Assembly: GCA_965369865.1 (NCBI GenBank)
Contig: CBDURU010000069.1
Span: 1 to 18,732, forward strand
Length of the DNA stretch: 18,732 nt
Source of the DNA: an uncultured bacterium
GTDB lineage: Bacteria; JAJVIF01; JAPKYR01
Direction: 5' to 3'
Shown here in pieces: positions 14,171 to 18,732 of the stretch. A program made the translations under genes and the position numbers. Below the pieces are notes generated by a model, which saw only the letters and a list, made by a program, of their open reading frames with translations, was not told the origin of the DNA and made no database searches. The stretch's first letter is position 1. Each line of letters opens with the position of its first letter.

Positions 14171-15553
14171 ATGAAAATCCGCTACAATTTTATTTTCATC
14201 CCACTGCTCATTATCTGCGCTATCGCAGTCTGGTACATGGGGTTCAGGAAGGAGACACAAGTCGCGGCAAAGCGTCTTGCGGACAGGTCGCTTCTTGATG
14301 TAAATGAGATGGATATAATCGAAATAACCCGCGGTGATGAAACAATCAGGTTTGAAAAAACCGGACTATCCGACCGGGAGGGCAACGGTGCGGTCGATAT
14401 CTGGTTGATTGTCAACCCCTATGAGGCCGATACAAATCCTGATAGTATGGCCGGAATTGTTGATGCGATTCTGGCGATTGAAAGTGAAAAGGATATTGCA
14501 GGTGTAACGGATGAGCAGATTGCGGAGTACGGCCTGGCTGAGCCGTATACAAGGATCCGCCTGATGTCATCGTCCGGTTCCATCCTGATGGATCTGTCAA
14601 TCGGACTCGAGAATATTTCGGGTACCGCCCGTTACGCAATATTTACCGATAAACCATCAAATGCTTTTCTCGTCCCGGTTTATCAGATCAGGCCATTTGA
14701 AATCACCCCGGATGATTTACGGGATACAAGGGCGCTTGTGTTTGATATTGATGTTCTAACGGCGATTCAAATCTCCAGCGTACAGGGAGAAATCAATTTA
14801 GTAAATGATGATGGGACCTGGATGATCAGAGGTCCTGAGCGATTTGCCGCGAGTCCGGCCCGTCTGGCGTTATTTTTCGATCATATCAAACGGCTTGAGG
14901 TAATGGAATTTCTTCCTGAAAATGCCAACGACCCTGAACTCGATAAAAAATCAGCACAGGTTACTTTTGAAGCGGTAGATGGTACACGGAGTATTCTGAC
15001 GCTTCACGATGAGGATTACCAGCGTGGAATTTTCGCATCCTCATCGTCGCAGCCGACCCCATTTATCGTTGAGGCTTATATATACGACAGGCTGGCTCTC
15101 GATCCATCAATATTTTTCCACGTTCAGTTATTTGATTTCCCGCCTGACGAAATCGAAAGATTATATGTGCGGGAACCCGGTTCGAGTAACCTGGAAATAC
15201 AGCGTTCGGCCGGTGTTCACGGGCGTTGGGAAATTCTGAAACCGGAAGATCGGGCTGGCGCCGTTAATGGCGGGTTCCAGACTTTCATCGACAGCCTGTA
15301 CGATCTTACACCGGAGTACCGTGTCAACCCACCCGAAAGGATGGGTGCATACGGTATCGAGCCTGTTTATTACTTGAAGGTTGAAGTATTCAGGGGGGAG
15401 GAAATGGAAAAAGTGGAGTTCAAGCTTGGTTTAAGAGACAGTAATGGCAATTTCTACGCAACCCAGGATGGATTGTCATATTTCACCATCGCGGGTGAGC
15501 TGGTGGATCGTTTCGTGAGTGCAGTTGCGATTTTGAAAGGTATTGATGAATAG
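14171..15553 (+). CDS. DUF4340-like membrane-anchored extracytoplasmic protein with three internal repeats
   Basis: N-terminal TM anchor; three units with I-x-I...W-x-I-x-x-P (WLIVNP, WMIRGP, WEILKP) and YGLAEP/YGIEP motifs; usual position as fourth gene after GldA/F/G-like genes. Confidence 0.85.
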   Translation: MKIRYNFIFIPLLIICAIAVWYMGFRKETQVAAKRLADRSLLDVNEMDIIEITRGDETIRFEKTGLSDREGNGAVDIWLIVNPYEADTNPDSMAGIVDAILAIESEKDIAGVTDEQIAEYGLAEPYTRIRLMSSSGSILMDLSIGLENISGTARYAIFTDKPSNAFLVPVYQIRPFEITPDDLRDTRALVFDIDVLTAIQISSVQGEINLVNDDGTWMIRGPERFAASPARLALFFDHIKRLEVMEFLPENANDPELDKKSAQVTFEAVDGTRSILTLHDEDYQRGIFASSSSQPTPFIVEAYIYDRLALDPSIFFHVQLFDFPPDEIERLYVREPGSSNLEIQRSAGVHGRWEILKPEDRAGAVNGGFQTFIDSLYDLTPEYRVNPPERMGAYGIEPVYYLKVEVFRGEEMEKVEFKLGLRDSNGNFYATQDGLSYFTIAGELVDRFVSAVAILKGIDE

Positions 15554-15799
15554 ATGATCCAAACCAATTGAACATGTTTACACAATTTCGTTATACGCTG
15601 ATTTGAGAACCAGGATTATTCCGATTCAACCGGCTCGCCTGAACAGGTAAGTGTCAACCCTGGTTTACCGGTTTCCTCATTAATTCCGCCTGTTACAGTT
15701 AAAAGTTTCGTTCCCTGAAGTTAAGCACAAAACCGCAATGAGGTTGAACAAACGCATGGAGCGCCCATATTTAACGCTTTGATATCCTGAACGAAAAGT

Positions 15800-15826
15800 T
15801 AAGAGCCCCTTAAAAAGGGGTTCTTA
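15800..15826. terminator. Hairpin, probable (possibly bidirectional) intrinsic terminator between convergent units
   Basis: TAAGAGCCCCTT-AAA-AAGGGGTTCTTA, 12-bp stem with one G-T pair, 22 nt past the stop of the minus-strand lipoprotein gene; ACTTTT follows on the minus strand. Confidence 0.65.
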
Positions 15827-15848
15827 TTAGAGAAAATATGACTGGTGG

Positions 15849-16382
15849 TTATTCTGTTTCGGGTTCTTCTTCGACCTCTTCTTCTGCATAGGAGAGAACA
15901 AAGCCCAGTTCGATTGCGCCTTCTTCTTTGATTTCCGCCCGAATAATCAAAATATCACCCGCGTCATTTGAGAACCCAACTGTCGCTGTGCTTGGACCTG
16001 CATCTGTAAAATCCTCATTCAACGTCCAGCCCTCAAGATTTCCATAGAATTCAGCGACCTCATCCCATGACATTTCTCCCGACGCATAAACACCGAGATC
16101 GATATCATTATCACCGATCCCAATGCCGCCACCAACAACAGTCAAACCGTCCATCATGGGAATTGAATCCGGCCAGCCGTCAGGTATGCCTTCTGTGGGT
16201 GTGAGATTTAAATCCGGCACCTCTTCAGGTGTATCAACCGGTTGAACTGTATCAGGTGGGGTATCTGCGTCGACATCCCCCCTTGGGCCGCCTGTGTCCG
16301 ATGGCTGACTGGTTGGGCATGCGACCAGGCCGATCAGCATTACTGAGACTGCAAGTAACGTCAGGATTTTAAGGAATTTCAT
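15849..16382 (-). CDS. Small acidic lipoprotein of unknown function (177 aa)
   Basis: Strong SD AAGGAGGAG upstream; MKFLKILTLLAVSVMLIGLVA-C lipobox; Pro/Asp/Thr linker, then a globular domain starting IPDGWPDSIPMMDG; Glu-rich tail. Confidence 0.9.
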   Translation of the reverse strand: MKFLKILTLLAVSVMLIGLVACPTSQPSDTGGPRGDVDADTPPDTVQPVDTPEEVPDLNLTPTEGIPDGWPDSIPMMDGLTVVGGGIGIGDNDIDLGVYASGEMSWDEVAEFYGNLEGWTLNEDFTDAGPSTATVGFSNDAGDILIIRAEIKEEGAIELGFVLSYAEEEVEEEPETE

Positions 16383-16510
16383 GAGTACTCCTCCTTAATT
16401 TTGGTAAGCCCCCCGTACGCCAGGAATTCCCCAGGGTGTCCATATGAAATACGGTTATCCCCTGCTTGTCATTAAATTCCTGGATTCTCTATATAGGATT
16501 TAATACGAAA

Positions 16511-16538
16511 AGGATAACCAATCAGCCGTCAATGTCAA
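16511..16538 (-). promoter_or_regulatory. Candidate sigma70-type promoter for the small lipoprotein gene
   Basis: Minus strand reads TTGACA-16 nt-TATCCT, implying a ~120-nt 5' leader. Confidence 0.5.
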
Positions 16539-16694
16539 GTCACAGTTACCGTATCAGTGTCGGATTTATGGATGACATGATCCAGTTATGTAATGTACTC
16601 TGGCATTGATGGTCAGCTTGTCTTTATCATTAAATAGCATTAAAATTCCTAAAGGTTGAAATATTGCATGCCAGAATACGAATTAGGAGGAATT

Positions 16695-18479
16695 ATGATA
16701 ATCCGAATTGCTGCTGTTATCAGCATTATTGCTTACTGTGCGGTGTTACTTAGCGGTTGCGGAGGGGGAAGTTCTGTGGCGCCGGCTGTCGCCACAATTA
16801 AGGTGATATCTCCCAATGGAGGTGAAACCCCCCATGCAGGGGAAAATCTGATGATTGCCTGGGTCTCTCAGGATGTCACCGGTACGGTCGAGATTACGTA
16901 CTCAAAGGATAATTTCGCTGCCGATATCCAGGTTATCGTGACCGGATGGGCGGGCACCGGAAGTTATTCATGGCAGAATATTCCCGACGATCAGTCAACA
17001 ACCGTGCGAGTACGGGTGAGTTCGTCAAGTGATCCGACGGTATTCGATATATCGGATGCGGATTTTTCAATCCTGGCACCGATTGTTGTCCAGGTTGGAT
17101 GGGCGGTAAGTTTTGGCAGCGGAGAAGAGTCGGGCTCAGATGTCGCTGTGGACCCGGACGGGAATTTCTATATCGTCGGGACTTTCGATCCCGGCATAGG
17201 GGGATGCGATTTCGATCCCGGACCGGGTGATGCAATGATTGATACCAACGGCTGGGAAGATGTTTATATCTCTAAATATGATACAGACGGGAATTTCCTC
17301 TGGGTACAGACCTGGGGTGGTACAGGCACCGATGAAGGTCATGCGGTAGCGGTCGATCCAGCGGGATCTGTTTACGTATCGGGTAAATTTGAAAGCACAG
17401 TCGATTTTGACCCCGGGACAGGCACCTATAACCAAACCGCCAGTGGTACCGAGGATGTCTTTCTCTCTAAATTCGACCTCGATGGAAATTTCCTCTGGGC
17501 TGAGACATGGGGATCCAGCGATACTACGAGCTACCCTTATTCCCCAAAATACGGAGATTGTGGTGAAAGTGTGGCGGTTGATGCATCGGGTGATGTGTAT
17601 GTAGCCTGCAACCAGGGAACTCCAGGCGTAAGAAAATATTCGTCCGATGGAATGCTGATCTTCACTTATGGATGGGGCACCTCGTCAACATTCGATCGTG
17701 CGTACGGTGTGGCTGTGTCGTCGGATGCGGTTTACATAGCCGGGCGTTTTACCGGGACGATGGATTTCGACCCGGGCCTTCCGGTCGATAACCATACCGC
17801 GAATGATTATGTCGATTCATACCTTATAAAGCTTGACCTTTCAGGCAGCTATCAATGGGGCCTTAACTGGGGCGGAACGGATAAACTTACCGGCTACGCA
17901 AATCCACCGTATTATGGCGATTGCGCCTTTGACGTTGCGGTGGACTCATCCGGTAATCCGTACGTTTGCGGAAGTTTCTACGGTACAACCGATTTCGATC
18001 CCGGCGCGGGAACTACAGCCCACACGGCTGTCGATGATCACGGGGATGCATACCTTGTCAGGTTTACCAATACCGGTGTTTTTCAATGGGTTCAGGTTAT
18101 TGCAGGCAACCACTTCCAGGAATCTTACGGAATTTCAATTAACACCTCCGGTGATCTGGGTATGACCGGCAGGTTCTATAACACCGTTGATTTCGATACC
18201 GGCGGCGGCACGGAGAATCATGCCTCTGTAGGTGACTCGGACATTTTCCTGAGCAAGTATGATGTCAACGGAAACTGGAAATGGACAAGGACATGGGGAA
18301 GTGCAAGTTATGATCTTGGTGTGGGGACCGCATTCGATCCGCTTGGGAATGTCCTGATGGCTGGTTATTTTAACGATACAATTGATTTCGATCCCGGTAC
18401 AAATACCGATGATCACACGGCTGGAGGATTTGAAGACGCGGTGCTGATTAAACTGAACCCTGATGGATTCTGGGATTGA
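16695..18479 (+). CDS. Lipoprotein with an SPNGGE-type Ig-like domain and SBBP-type beta-propeller repeats
   Basis: Start moved to ATG 16695 (AGGAGG at 16685-16690). Lipobox LSG-C; VISPNGGET...W...GSYSW...DISDADFSI domain; repeated WxxTWG...D.G..VAVD..G.VYV.G.F...DFDPG...D.F..K.D..G blades. Confidence 0.9.
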   Translation: MIIRIAAVISIIAYCAVLLSGCGGGSSVAPAVATIKVISPNGGETPHAGENLMIAWVSQDVTGTVEITYSKDNFAADIQVIVTGWAGTGSYSWQNIPDDQSTTVRVRVSSSSDPTVFDISDADFSILAPIVVQVGWAVSFGSGEESGSDVAVDPDGNFYIVGTFDPGIGGCDFDPGPGDAMIDTNGWEDVYISKYDTDGNFLWVQTWGGTGTDEGHAVAVDPAGSVYVSGKFESTVDFDPGTGTYNQTASGTEDVFLSKFDLDGNFLWAETWGSSDTTSYPYSPKYGDCGESVAVDASGDVYVACNQGTPGVRKYSSDGMLIFTYGWGTSSTFDRAYGVAVSSDAVYIAGRFTGTMDFDPGLPVDNHTANDYVDSYLIKLDLSGSYQWGLNWGGTDKLTGYANPPYYGDCAFDVAVDSSGNPYVCGSFYGTTDFDPGAGTTAHTAVDDHGDAYLVRFTNTGVFQWVQVIAGNHFQESYGISINTSGDLGMTGRFYNTVDFDTGGGTENHASVGDSDIFLSKYDVNGNWKWTRTWGSASYDLGVGTAFDPLGNVLMAGYFNDTIDFDPGTNTDDHTAGGFEDAVLIKLNPDGFWD

Positions 18480-18698
18480 TATCAGAGATTTTGATGTCGT
18501 CTTTAAAATACGTTTGATTAATCAGATCTATAAAATTGGACCTTCGCAGAACAGTGTGGAGCTGGAAGTTCCCCTAATCGTCCCGTACCGCAGTCCGTCT
18601 CGCCTGTCCCCTTTTTTTTATATTTTACACTTCACCCTGCATTTACATTTATAGGGAAAATTAATCATTTTTTTTAGCCATCGAAAAAACGACAAACC

Positions 18699-18727
18699 GT
18701 AGAACAGCACGGCAGTGCGTCTTCCAC
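18699..18727. repeat. Degenerate GTAG-headed REP-like palindrome
   Basis: GTAGAACA-GCAC-GGCA-GTGC-GTCTTCCAC: inner GCAC/GTGC stem and outer GTAGAA/TTCCAC near-complement. Confidence 0.4.
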
Positions 18728-18732
18728 ATTAA

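Noticed and set aside
15554..15799. Long intergenic region as a possible sRNA or small ORF (7-bp AACCAGG/CCTGGTT inverted match)
   Set aside because: Only weak pairing and no SD-led ORF or recognisable RNA family.
17200..18400. Regularly recurring GATTTCGATCCCGG sequence as a possible CRISPR or DNA repeat array
   Set aside because: Copies are short, in frame, vary at synonymous positions and encode the DFDPG motif of propeller blades; spacing is far longer than CRISPR spacers and no cas genes are present.
18463..18654. 63-aa ORF overlapping the end of the propeller gene
   Set aside because: Runs through repeat-like and poly-T sequence with no protein-like features.

Overview
Bacterial window, taxon not identifiable from sequence alone, dominated by cell-envelope genes. 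From left to right: (i) a minus-strand two-gene unit encoding a ~1121-aa secreted, very Cys-rich protein (thrombospondin-3-like Asp repeats, C-terminal HExxH zinc-peptidase site with a Met-turn-like motif) and a tightly coupled ~217-aa lipoprotein, an arrangement resembling a protease-inhibitor or effector-immunity pair; (ii) a PAP2-family membrane phosphatase followed by a 24-bp-arm inverted repeat; (iii) a small CxxC protein divergent from a 1314-aa TPR-like protein that ends in a J-domain-like fold with NPE instead of HPD, both apparently transcribed with almost no leader; (iv) a four-gene GldA/GldF/GldG-like ABC operon plus DUF4340-like protein, the GldG-like subunit carrying an unusual ~230-aa acidic N-terminal extension; (v) two divergent lipoproteins, one small and acidic with a structured 5' leader, the other an Ig-like plus SBBP/DFDPG beta-propeller protein. 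Several REP-like motifs lie in intergenic regions. No rRNA, tRNA, CRISPR array or transposase was seen. All family assignments come from motif recognition by eye, not database searches.
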